Below, one piece after another: positions 1 to 13,300 of a DNA stretch of 64,000 nucleotides (position 1 is its first letter; each line of letters starts with the position of its first letter). Position numbers and translations under genes: made by a program. Below the pieces are notes generated by a model. That model saw only the letters and a list, made by a program, of their open reading frames with translations. It was not told where the DNA came from and made no database searches. The DNA is from Ophelia neglecta. Lineage: Eukaryota. The stretch covers positions 99,882,001-99,946,000 of the forward strand of contig OZ260664.1 in assembly GCA_965285935.1 (NCBI GenBank), in the 5' to 3' direction.

Positions 1-548
1 GTATAAGTTGTTGCTCTTGACTCATAAGTCAGTTCATGGCCGGGCCCCGTCATATTTGTCTGGCCTGGTGAGTCATCATACGACAAACCGCACTCTAAGG
101 TCTTCGTCCATGGCACTTTTATCTATCCCTCGTGCCACCACAAAAACATATGGAGATCGTTGTTTTAAACTGGTGGCACCAAGCCTCTGGAACCAGCTTC
201 CTGGCCCCCTGAGACACATTGAGTCAGAATATGTTTTTAAAAAGGATCTAAAGACATTCTTGTTCAGACAGGCCTACAACTAGTCAATCTAGCTCTATAA
301 ATTAAATTCTTTACAATTATAGTTTTTAACTGGGGGGAATCTGTTCTTTTAGATAGAAATTTTAGTACTTTCTGCCTGGTATCATGAATCTAGTCACAGG
401 CCTATATCTAGTCGATGGTTAATTTTTAGACTGTAGTATTTGTATTATATTTCCAGTAATTTAAACTGTATATACTTTGATGTAAAGCACTTAGAGCTTA
501 TAGGATAAGCGCTATATAAATTTAATAAACATAAACATAAACATAAAC
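1..548 (+). mobile_element. 3' end of an L2/CR1-group non-LTR retrotransposon (ORF2 C-terminus, 3' UTR, tail), inside the NADSYN1 intron upstream of the first exon seen
   Basis: ORF 8-283 reads APSYL...LRSS...YGDRCF...APSLWNQLP...FKKDLKTFLF, typical of the L2/CR1 ORF2 C-terminus. The end has TGTAAAGCAC...AGCGCTATATAAAT followed by a (TAAACA)n tail. Confidence 0.85.
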
Positions 549-1379
549 ACACACGCTCTATAATAAAGCACGTAGACTACAAGTACATAAATCTGTATTT
601 GTCGTCGTTTTCATCAGGCTCTATGTCAAAGCTTGCTATACATTCTGTAGACCTATTATATACTATTATTGACCCTTGGAGCCATTTTACATGAGTTCTA
701 TTAGTGATTTCTTGGGCACACTAACATATTATGTACAGGTATCCCACCTGTCATATTATTCAGTTTATCACAACTATCAGTGATCCAGTGAGAGTGGGGA
801 GGAGCCTAATTGCCATTGCCTAATGCTTGGTCATGCATGGCTGATCACTATGGTCATGTGGCTAACAATACCATAACATGTCTTGTTTGTAAACAAACAA
901 TTAGCTGATGGGCATGAATAAAAATCCTTTTTTGAGTAAAATATAAAATGCTAAGAATGAAAATAAACACACCAATGGATAGAGCAGATTAAGCTCTATC
1001 TAAAACAGTACATTTTCAAAAATCACCCAATTATGAAATTTAACATCCAGTAGGGGTTCGGTATACCCTTAACAGTGATATAATATTTTCATAACCACAA
1101 GAATAGGGTATATATTTATTTTGTGTATTATATATATATTTTTTTTTTGCATTAAACAATGGCATCATAGCAGCCTGTACTACTGTTAGCTGTTAGTAAA
1201 GTGCAAACAATGCTCACAAAACAATTTTTCAAAGAAAAAGAAACCCAGGGTATGTCAGTAGATGCAATAACTTACACAGTTTAGTTTCAGGTTTTTTGAA
1301 ACCAGTTTATTGGGGTACTGTACCTACAAACACTGAATTATTTAGTTTTAGCTTATATGGAAATGTGTTGATCCCACAG

Positions 1380-4300
1380 GTATTGAACTGGCCAAGGCAA
1401 AAGGCGCCACCTACAGGCTTGGACCAGAATTAGAAGTTAGGTGAGTAATTCATGCAGAATACCATAGCTCTTCAGTATCAATGATTAATTTTTTTTTTCT
1501 ACTTTTGCACATTAAAGTAGCTAGAATTTTATCCACAATTTTGTGATAGTAACCTTTTTAGTGGTTTTGTTTAATATCAAAAACGGCAATGATGATTTGG
1601 GAAAACTCGGATTGTTTTGAAGTACAGTGAAACCTGTCTAATCAGGTCAGTCAAGGGACTGGAGAAAACTGTCCACATTATGTAGGTGACCTTAAAAGGC
1701 AGGTCATTTAAAACAGACATTAATTGGGATTGGTCTATTATTCAATGGCCTTAATGGGCAGGTGACCTTATTACACAGGTGACCACAAACACAGGTTTCA
1801 CTGTATTAATATCATGACACAATGTGCATTTTACTATTTATTATCAGCTTAGTTCAATTATCTAATGAGCCTGAAAGCTTTTTCAAGAACAGAATACTGT
1901 ATAATTATATATGTGTACTTTTATTGCAATGACAATGTCTTTGATGAATTTATTGATTATTAAACTTGATTATCATGTACCCTTTTTCAGTGGTTATGGC
2001 TGTAACGACCATTTCATCGAGAGTGACACAGCCTACCATTCCATTCAAGTGTTGGCTGAGCTCATTAAGTCTCCAATCTGCCAAGATATACTCTGTGATA
2101 TAGGCATGTGAGTAGTACACAGGGACATCGTGTAGCCGCACCGGGCGTAATGGCTGAAGGCTTTAGGTTTTGACGGGAGCAATTTTATTTCCTGGTTCTC
2201 TGGTCTATACAATCCGTAAGACGAACTCCGTAAAACTGTCATACAGGTGATATACATTAGAGCAATTATGCTACAAATGAGATACAAGAAGGCATTATAG
2301 GCAATCGATTAAATAGCATACACAAACCTCTTTGGCTTCTGGTGGGCTCGGTGCAGCCATCCGCCTGCCACGAGGATGGAGAAAGAACTGGGCAGTACAA
2401 AAGAGACCACGTGACAGGCCGGATAAGTACCACCGCACCCACCAGATGGCCTCACAATCGACTCAAAGCGGCAATTACAAATACTACTAATATGCTGCAG
2501 CTACAGTCTTTTCTGGGGAAAGGAGCGGTTAGCTTTTGCTTGGAGCATGTGGGATGGGTTCTCCTTGAGGAGTAGGGGGGTGGGGGGTATTGGGGCTAAG
2601 CGAGGTTGTTGGATGAGTATCCCCTTCCAGAGGGTTGTCTAGGGCTGAGTGGAGGGTGTAGGATGGGGTGTCTCCTCCCAGCACGGGGCTTAGAGATGGC
2701 TCGGGACTGTGTCCCTCCAAGTGGTGGAGTCTGGGGGCTGAACTCTTTTCACAAAAGATATATTATCCAAGACACTCTTTGATATTTTAATAATCAGCCA
2801 AAGTATATTGAAAAAAAAAGCTTCTATTTCCAAAATGGCCAGACTTCTCTCTGATTATTACCATGAATTCCTATGTTAATTCAAACTAAAAGCAAGGGTA
2901 CATTTTATGTGTCTACCTTATATGAAATCACTCTTTAGCATAATGTTAATTATTACTATTATCTCTGAATCACAGTTTCTCTCCAATTTTTCAGGCCTGT
3001 GATGCACAAAAATGTTTTATTCAACTGCAGGGTGTTCTTCTTTAACAAGTAAGTCGTGAACTCCCTTGTGTACTTTATATCTGTCCCAAATTCTTTGGAC
3101 ATTCTTGTGTTTGTATGTTTGTGTGATAGTGTTGTGGAGAACTGATTGATACACCTGTAGACAGTGTACCACAATGCATGTGTGGGAAAATTACTATACT
3201 ACTTGGTCAATCCCAATAAAATATGTTTAAACCAAAATTACTATACTACTTGGTCAATTGCAATAAATACATGTATGTTTAAACCAAAATTACTATACTA
3301 CTGTTGAGCCCCTGATGAGAGACCACCAGATCTGGGGTTCTGATAGTGTACAACCGTAACATTTTGCATGCCCTTTTTTTCGCTACTATTTTTCGTTATA
3401 CAGAAAGATACTGCTGATTCGCCCTAAAACTATTATGGCTGATGGTGGTAACTATCGAGAGAGTCGTTGGTTTACAGCCTGGGCCAAACTCAAGCAAGTG
3501 GAGAACTACTTCCTACCCAGAATCCTTCAGGAGGTCACTGGCCAGGTAGGGAAATTGCTAACACAGTAAAAGTACAAAGGGGCTTCCTCCCCCCCCCCCC
3601 CTCACATTTATTTGGAATTAAAAGGTGCATCTTGCCCAATATATAGAAAAGTAGGGACATAGCTATAACAGTTATAACAGAAGTATTTCTTCCCTTCCCT
3701 GGGAAGTTAGGGAAGTTTCCGGGAAGATTGGGAAGTTTCTTGGAAGTTTGGGAAAATACATAATTGTTTACCATATCTTATATTTATTTCAACTACAAAC
3801 ATACATACAATTATATATAAAACAATGTTTTATTTCATTAGAACAAGTAATAAATAGTACATGCACCATGCACATCTTATTCGTCATATACATGCTTATA
3901 TTTTCAAGTCTTTTCACTCAATGATTATCATATCAAACATTGTCATTTGACTTGATACTGTTATCCCTTTCAAAAAGTCTCCAAATGGCAGCAAAATTTC
4001 TCCCACTCCTANNNNNNNNNNNNNNNNNNNNNNNNNNNNNNNNNNNNNNNNNNNNNNNNNNNNNNNNNNNNNNNNNNNNNNNNNNNNNNNNNNNNNNNNN
4101 NNNNNNNNNNNTAAAAGTAGCCAGGGGGATGGGTAGCTATAGCTAGAGAGAACTTTGTGTCTTATTGCTGTATGGAATAACCAATGTAACTTTAAGCTAC
4201 AGCTTTGTTTTTGTCTTGAAAACAGCAGGGAGGAAGGGGGGGGGGGGTAAAGAGGTAGTTAATATATTAACATCTTGTAAAGGGACAAAGGCCATTTTAG

Positions 4301-7300
4301 AAAGTGATTTGTACTAGATCAATTTTACACTGTGTATTTGTATGCCAGTTTAGGTTTTAACTAGCATGCTGGGTTTTCAATTTACATATTGTCTTGTTTC
4401 AATTTAGTTTGTAATGGTAATTAACCCATTATTAACTTACTTTACTTGTCTGACTTTACAGAAAACCGTTCCGTTTGGGGATGGGGTGATATCTACTTCT
4501 GACACCTGCCTGGGCAGCGAGATCTGTGAGGAGCTCTGGGCCCCAGCCAGGTATGGTTTGTAAAGCTCTGGTAGTAACAGGCTATGAGGATAACTTTTTG
4601 TTAGAACCAGTCCATTTGATACAGTGACAGGGGAGGGGGAATAGGGGAGGCATCTTCCCATGAAGGTCAATGGCTGGTTGTAAATACAGTGAAACCTGTG
4701 AATTAAGACCACCAAATGGACTGGAAAATACTGGTCTGATTTTGGAGGTGGTCTGTTTAGACAGGTTATTCAACATTGAAAGCATACAGCATGGTCCTAA
4801 TATCAGTGGTCTGAATTGAAAGGGTGGTCTGATTATAGAGGTGGTCTTTAAGGCAGATTTCACTGTAGGTTCCCTAGGGCCAAATAAATAAAATAGGCAA
4901 TTCATGTTATGGTAATATTATATAATAAACAACCACAATTTTATTAATTTTCCAGAGCTGTTCTGTTTTAAAACATGCTTACCCCTCCACCTATATATGA
5001 AGCACCACACGGTGCCTGGGTCCCAGCCTTTTTCGGTGCATGTTGTGTTTACTACACAGGGTGACCTGGGGTAGTCTCGTGTAGGGGCGTAAGGATTTAC
5101 CAATACATCCATATATACCATTTTGTGTGCCAAAAATGATACGATTATCGATACACTCTAGGATATCATGATACATATAAGCAATGCACATTTTGCAGGC
5201 TTGACGGCGGTCTCAGCTCATTGCTGGGGGCGCAATTGAATATTAATTTAACAACAAGCTGTATATTTGTCAGAAGGCAAATGTGCGTAATCCATGTCAT
5301 GTTTTCTGGTGATAAAGAACCTTTTAATTGAACATTGTCCGGCCTGTTTGAAAGTTTTCGGCCGAAAGTGAACCGCATGCTTCGCCATTCTGTAGCAAGT
5401 GTATGTGTGTGGGTGTAGTAACTATGTATTAGAATGTGTTGTCAACTACTGCCTTTAAATGTATTTGAAAAGGATCATGGCATATAGCTACCATATCGTC
5501 GCACCAATGTGTACCGGCAATACAAACAGGGCCTACAGGTACAACATTTGGCATGGGATATGAGCATAGTACCCAATAAATAAATAATATTACCCTTAGC
5601 TCCCCCTCTGCCTTTGATGTAGGCCTATATATTAGAGTGCTGCCCTGTGACAGCACTTCTGATGTAATCTACCAGTGTAGGCTACTATTTGAGTGTACAT
5701 AAATTCTCTTTAATATATATTCAGTTAAATATGCATTTATAAATATTTTTTAATAAAAATATGCGTCATTGACTTGATTGGGGACTCGGTAGGCAGCAAA
5801 TATCATATCACAATATCTATTATATCGTTAGGTGTGTATTGGGATATGTATTTTATCGTAGAGTGTTTGTATCCTTACACCCCCAGTCCCATGTCTGAAC
5901 CAACATACCCCGGGTATGATGGTATGACTTTTTAAAAGCCCTAAAACAAGTGTTATTCTGCCTATAGTTGCTAATATAGGGCATTCTACAGAGATTCTTA
6001 TCTTATTTGAACAAGATTGTTTGTTAAGATGATCAATTTAGCCACTATAGAAAACAATAATAAAGATTTCATTAATTATCATGAACAGTGAGCTCTGGTT
6101 TTAAAGTGGAATTTTTAATAAATTATTGTCACTTTTATTGTGTCCCCCTTGCTCAATTTTATGGAAATTATAGTCATTTTTCACAGCATGACCCGACGGT
6201 GAGCTGACACACTGCAAGGTACATCATATTATCATCATTTAGGATTATAAGACATTCATAGGGCAATAGAGTACCTACGGAAAACCATAGTACAAATAGA
6301 ATGGGGTTTCACTGGTTCTACACGCATTTCTGATTACAGTGAAGTAGCCTTCGGCGAGTACTGTGTTTAGACTGACATTAGCTGTTTTCACATCAGTTTA
6401 CAGTATGTTTATTCATATTTCCAGTCGACATATTGACATGGCCCTCGACGGAGTGGAGATTATAACAAACGGCAGCGGCAGTCACCACGAACTGAGAAAG
6501 GGAAACATCCGGGTGGACCTTGTCAAGTCAGCCACGTCCAAGGTTAGTGGCTCGGAAGGGAATGTCAAAAATAAAGAAAAAGAAGGTTGAAAGTGTTACA
6601 TTACGTCAAAAGGAAACTTTTTTCCTAAACCTACATTTTTAGTATAAATATTAGTTAAAAGGTCCTGAGTAAAGCTTTATGCATGTTTCTTGTTAGTATT
6701 TTCTTGTTAGTATTCCTTCAGATGTTTATATTTATATTATATTTTGTTTCATTAAGATTAGGTTTATCACATCCTGTCCTAAATTTACTACTTTCTAACA
6801 TAGTTAGGAATCTACATGATATCTACAGTATACTACTATGGTGTAGTCCATTTAAAAATGTTATGGGGGTGGGGCAGAGGGCCTTAAGATATTTTACGCC
6901 TGCGCCCCTCCACATTTAAGTTTATTGAAACCCTAGCACATGAGTTTTTCATTTTGCCCCCCCCCCCACACACACACACACAAACACATACACACATACA
7001 ACATTTTAAAAAGGATAAATACTATGTTTTAAAATGGAATTATTTGTTAAACCCTATTAAAGACTATATGTATATATTTTGAAAAGTTCTCATGGACAAT
7101 GGTATAGACAGAGATTTTAACATGTTTGGGATTGGTGTCCTGGTGGCTTTTAATATGATCAGGGGTATGCAGCCATCGTAGTCGGCATTGATATATTCTG
7201 TTTTAGATGCATTCTCTATAGAAGAGCTCCACCATTTTATTTCCCCAGAGTGGAGGTATCTACCTGTTTGCCAATCAGCAGGGCTGTGACGGAGAGAGGG

Positions 7301-10300
7301 TCTACTTTGATGGCTGTGCCATGATCGCTGTCAACGGTGAAATTGTGGCTCAGGGATCGCAGTTCTCGGTCAAAGACGTGGTTAGTAGCATTTATAAGTA
7401 AAAGGGCAAATCGGGCATGACGTGTGACAAATGTGCATTTCCTATTTACTGGTAGTAATTAGTCCATTGGGTCTAGGAGGGGGAGGAGGAGAGGGCGTCT
7501 GGACCTAGAGCCAGCTCTCTGTCCTCTGTCACTACAGGGGTCCCTGCGATGTAGGGCCTCTCCAATGAAGGGCCACCAGCGATGGCAGGCCACTTTTTGA
7601 ATTCCCATGTCCTATCTTTACCATGTTAAAATACCTCTAATGAAGGGTCACCTGCAATGTAGGTTCACTTTTCCTTGGATATAGGGGTGGCCCTACATCG
7701 CAGGGACCACTGTACTGCCTCAGGGAGCAGAGCAGACAGCAGAGGCTGGGGACTGGGTCTAGAAGGGGGTGGAGGAGGGGGGTCTGGACCTAGAGCCAGC
7801 TCTCTGTCCTCTGTCACTACTGCCTCGGGGAGCAGAGCAGACAGCAGAGGCTGGGGACTGGGTCTAGGAAGTTATGACTTTAACCTGATGGCACAAGCAA
7901 TACTGGTAAAAAATTAACGAACACTCCATGTACCCATGTATATACAAGTTGTCTTCATTAATACCCAGTGCATTGATATTAACCCTCTAACTCCCCCAGG
8001 AAGTGATCACAGCCACATGTGACCTGGAGGATGTGAGGGCCTACAGAAGTTCTAACCGAAGTCGATGTACCCTTGCGGCCGATTCTGCCCCGTTCCCGAG
8101 AAGCCTTGTGGACTTTGCGCTGACATCAGACGATCTTTGTCTACCAGCCACTCCCCCTATGGAGTGGATATTCCACTCTCCTGAAGAAGAAATCAGGTAA
8201 ATACTACTTGGCGGGGGCGGGGGGGGGGGGATGACATGATATAAATCTAGCAGCTCTCTTTTGTAATTTAAAGTTTATTACCAGATTTGATATCCAAATG
8301 CATCCATTCCCTCCTGGGACATTTTTAATAGGGATAGGCCTTAATTTTATGTGTTTTGATTCCAGCCTGGGCCCCGCCTGTTGGCTGTGGGACTACCTGC
8401 GTCGGAGCGGTCAGGGAGGGTTCTTTCTCCCGCTGAGTGGAGGGATTGACAGCTCTAGTACGGCCTGCATTGTGGCCTCCATGTGTCATCTTGTCTGCCG
8501 GGCAGCACAGGACGGAGGTGGGAGCACCTGTATAGCTACACTAGTGTAAACCAACAAATTGTCTCACGCAGGAAATTTCCAAGAAATTTTCCCAAGCAGG
8601 AAATTTCCAAGAAATTTTCCCAAACAGGAAATTTCCAAGAAATATTACCAAACAGGAAATTTCCAAGAAATTTTACCAAACGGGAAATTTCCAAGAAATA
8701 TTTCTGAGCAAGAAATTTTAAAGAAATTTCTATGAAAAGTGGGGCTACAAGGGGTGATTGCATACCGGAACTGTTCATGAACAGGAAATAATCACGGAAT
8801 TCACTATTATGGCAACAGCTTGACCCCTGAGAGTGCTCAGCCCTATGTTCCCCTCAGGGCATAACCCACCTCCGCTACTATAATTCATTGAAATTAAACT
8901 AGAAGTCAAGTTGGATTCGACAACTACAACAGTACACTGTAAACCTTGAAAAATGATGCATACAAATCATTTACACTAGTTTGACATGAACCTAAAATAG
9001 AACACTACTCTAAAATAACACACCTCATAGTTTTATCAAGCATTGGTTCCCATTGGTATCTTTCAGAGATTTCAGGGCTAATATAAATAAAATGCCACGC
9101 CAAGTAAATGTACTCAGTTTTACCGAAAATTCCCACCAAATTTGTTACAATTTAAAGTATGTTCTGCCCTGAATTTGTATCAGTTCATGTAGTACATATT
9201 TTAATCTAAAATGTAATTTGACAGATGAGCAGGTGATTCATGATGCCCGTAAAGTAGTGGGCGACCCGACCTACATTCCTCATGACCCCCAGGAGCTGTG
9301 TGGCCTTGTATTTACCACCTGCTACATGGCTTCGTCAAACAGTTCTCAGGAAACCAGGAACTCTTCTCAGCAACTCGCCTCACAGATCGGCAGGTACTGT
9401 GACCAAGCATTTCCAGGAGTTGACCAGTTTCACAGATAATGTTTTCAACATGGAATTTTTCCCCAAAAATAAAAGGATCTCAGGGCCTGCACCACCTACA
9501 CAACACCTACCCCAGTTTCTTTTTATTCTTTTATTATTAAGATAAAAACTGCCTTTATGTCTGAACAGGGCCCAAAGGATTTTCTAAGAATTGGGGGAAA
9601 TGATAAAAATTGCCCTAACTTAATAATTGTGCATTTGTAAAAATTCTATTTTATTATATTGAAATAAGAAAAAAAAAACTGTGTTACTGTTCTGAGAACA
9701 GTAGTGCCCAACCAAATACAGAATTTAAAACAATATAAAATAAGACTATGCATATTAAAGTGGTTGAGAATATAATAAAAATCTTTTCCATCCCCCCCCC
9801 CCCCCCTCTCCCAAACACCAATCCCTTTTCAAACATTTTGAAGTGTGTGAGAAACTCTACTTTTTCAAACATCCTTCATCTGCCAGTGTATATATCCCTT
9901 GAAAATTATCGTCTAGCTGTTAATATTGACAAGAAACATCTCTACATGAAGAATGGTCATATTGTTTGACAAAGACTTTTGTGATTAAGATTTATGTGTT
10001 GTGTATAAATTTATATTATATTTAAGTTTTATTTTATGATGATGTTTCAGCTACCATTTGGCGATCAACATAGACCCTGCCGTGACGGCCATACTGGGTG
10101 TGTTCACTGCCGTCATGGGGATGGTCCCCAAGTTCAGGGTACATGGAGGCAGTCCCCGGGAGAACATCGCCATGCAAAACGTCCAGGTAGGAAATCATTC
10201 CTTGTAAATTAAAAATGTACAACCATAGGAGTAGGTTTTATGATTTACACTTCTTAATTTATGATGGTCTATTGAATACTATATATCCACCTCACTTTAT

Positions 10301-13300
10301 ATTATTTTCTCTTCTGTATGCATAGACTTGAAATCATACACTCCATGTGTTGCCCAGGCTGTATATGTCTAATTTAAAAAACTGGTGTTAAGTCATTTTA
10401 AACTTAATCTTAATTTATTAACTATGTCAATATTACATTTTAATTTATGATCTTACCAATTGTTGAGAGAGTTAAGATCTTGGTAATGTTCAAAGTTGAA
10501 AATAACTCTCCCCCTCCCTCCCCGCCGCCTCTTTTTTTAATATACTACATGTATAACACTTGAATTATAGATATAAGAGGTGAGAAAGTGGTTCACCATA
10601 TTTCATTAGTTTGAAAACCAGAAATTTGCAACTCTCCCAACAGTTTAATTTTTTTTTATTGTGGCCAGTCTTCCGTAATCAGTCATCGGTTGTATGTAAG
10701 TGCATACAATATGTCTACCTTCCTGAGAGAAGTGAAAACAATATGAAGACTTAAAGGAGTTAATTAGGACCTTAACATGAGTTATTTGATGTCTGGATTA
10801 TTGATTATTCTTTATTTTATATCTCAGGCCAGAGTTAGTTTGGTCCTTGCCTATCTGTACAGACTGGAGGCCTGGCTGACCCAGTGACCTGATGTGTCTG
10901 GATTGTTAATTATTTTTTATCATATTTCAGGCCAGAGTTAGGATGGTGCTTGCCTACCTGTACGCTCAGCTGACCCTGTGGGCTCGAGGGAAGTCTGGGG
11001 GTTTACTAGTCCTAGGATCTGCAAATGTGGATGAAAGGTAACTTACCTATAAGTGTGAACCAAGCCAACAACTAAATGATACAATTACAAATTATATCAC
11101 TTTTTTTGTAATTATAGATATATAGTAACACTATGATATATATCATGTCACTTGTTACCTACATGTACCATATATAGGGTCTCGTGGCTGGGGCACCCAG
11201 TATCGCGGTGTTTAGATGTCAGCCATTTTAGTTATCAGCCATTTCTAGTATTTACCAGTGTATTGATAACGTGAATATCCTTGTGTTCCAGTTTACGAGG
11301 CTATATGACCAAGTACGACTGCTCGAGTGCCGATGTGAACCCGATAGGAGGAATTAGTAAGACAGATCTGAGACGCTTCATACTCTACTGTACTGACAAG
11401 TTTGGATGGACCGCACTCAAAAAGTAGGAGAGCAATTAAATAGGGACTAATTATGGGAGCAATAAAGTTAGAGAGTTGTCAAGGCTGTAAAGATAAATAC
11501 GTTTACCTTACCTGTGGTCACTGAGCTTTTTCGGTTATATCATAGCCGATAAAAAGTATTTACCTGCAGTTGCCCATAAAATTTTGTGTTTTATCCAACG
11601 CTTGCAAAGAGCTGGAATTTACTAATTTTAGTTAGGGCAAGAGAAGCCAAGAAAGGTAGAACCAGAAATGTGCACATATTTTCTGTCACATGCATTAGGG
11701 CTTGACCACCAAAGTGTGGCCGAGTGGTTAGGGTGTCCGCCTCGCAAGTGGGAGATCGGGGTTGGAACCACGATCGCGTCAAACCTAAGACGTAAAAATA
11801 GGTACTGATAGATCCCATGCCAGGCGCCTGGTATTTCGGGGGTAGTATCAGGACTGGTCAACCCGGTGTCAGTATAATGTGACTGGGTGGGGTTCCCTGT
11901 CTGGTGTCTACGGCAGGTACTCCAGTGAGGCAGCATTCTTAAGATGGCATTGGGCCCACTGTCACAAGTAGGCACCGTGGCGATATGACGCATAAGTGTT
12001 GAAAGCCACGTAAAACCCCAAACAACAACAACAACAACATTAGGGCTTGAGTCTAGCAAAAGTGACTAGTTTATATAGTAATATAGTCACAAGCAAAAGG
12101 ACTTAACTTGATAAGAGTGAAGGGTTTATACTTTTGTACATGACCAAGTGCCACTGTGTGGTTTGACATCTTTATTAATGACCATGGGCAACTGTTTTTT
12201 TGGGGGGTGGGGGATAGGGATGGGGAGGGGGTTACAATAATAATATACCAAGGGCCACTGTGTTCTTTGGGTTTATAACTATATAAATAACCAAGGGCCA
12301 CTTTGTCATTTGGGTTTATAACTATATAAATAACCAAGGGCCACTTTGTTATTTGGGTTTATAACTATATAAATAACCAAGGGCCACTTTGTTATTTGGG
12401 TTTATAACTATATTAATGACCTAGGGCCTGTGTGTTCTTTTGGTTTTATTCCTGTATAAGGTACAATAATGGCCATTGTGTTCGTTGGTGTATACCTTTA
12501 TGTATTACATTTTGCTACAATCTTAAACACTCGGAAGAAGGATTTATGCCAAAAGGCCTCAGTGACAGCCCAACTTGCCCTAGCTCAAAGACATAATGGC
12601 CCTCATGATAAATCTAATCCTGTCCAAAGTCTGTCTTTTGTTATATTATACAAGCATATTTTCTAAGTGCCTGTGTTGGGTTTATAGGACTTCCACATGA
12701 CATTAGTGATAGGTATTGTCTTGTTGTAGGATCTACGCAGCCCCTCCGACTGCCGAGCTGGAGCCTCTGGCTGACGGACAGATAGCGCAGACGGACGAGG
12801 TGTGTCGAGGCTCATCATGTTCAATTCAATGCAATTTTAATTGCATGATATTCACTATTTTAATATTCACATATACATATTAACAGAGAATAATAAGTTA
12901 AGATCATAAATTACACTACATGAATAATTTGATAAAGTTGGGTGAGAAGCTTTAAGGCCCATATACCCCAAGGAACATAAAAAAAATTATTCCTTAAAGT
13001 AGTATTCACAATACTGATTACCTCATGTTAAATTTATTATCTACTTTCCTGATTTGTATTTTCCATAGCATGTGATGTCTGCTACCTACATTCCTTTTTC
13101 GTTTTCTCAAAAGCATATGATGTCTGTTCTGTTACCTGCATTCCTATTTTGTATTTTCCACAGCATTTGATGTCTGTTACCTACAATCCTATTTTGTATT
13201 TTCCACAGCATTTGATGTCTGTTACCTACAATCCTATTTAGTATTTTCCAAACCATGTGATGTCTGCTACCTACATACCTATTTAGTATTTTCCAAACCA

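Noticed and set aside
11706-11780. Possible tRNA-Ala gene
   Set aside because: The acceptor stem is poor, the T-loop is mutated and there is no poly-T terminator. The sequence continues into a SINE body with a tail and TSD.
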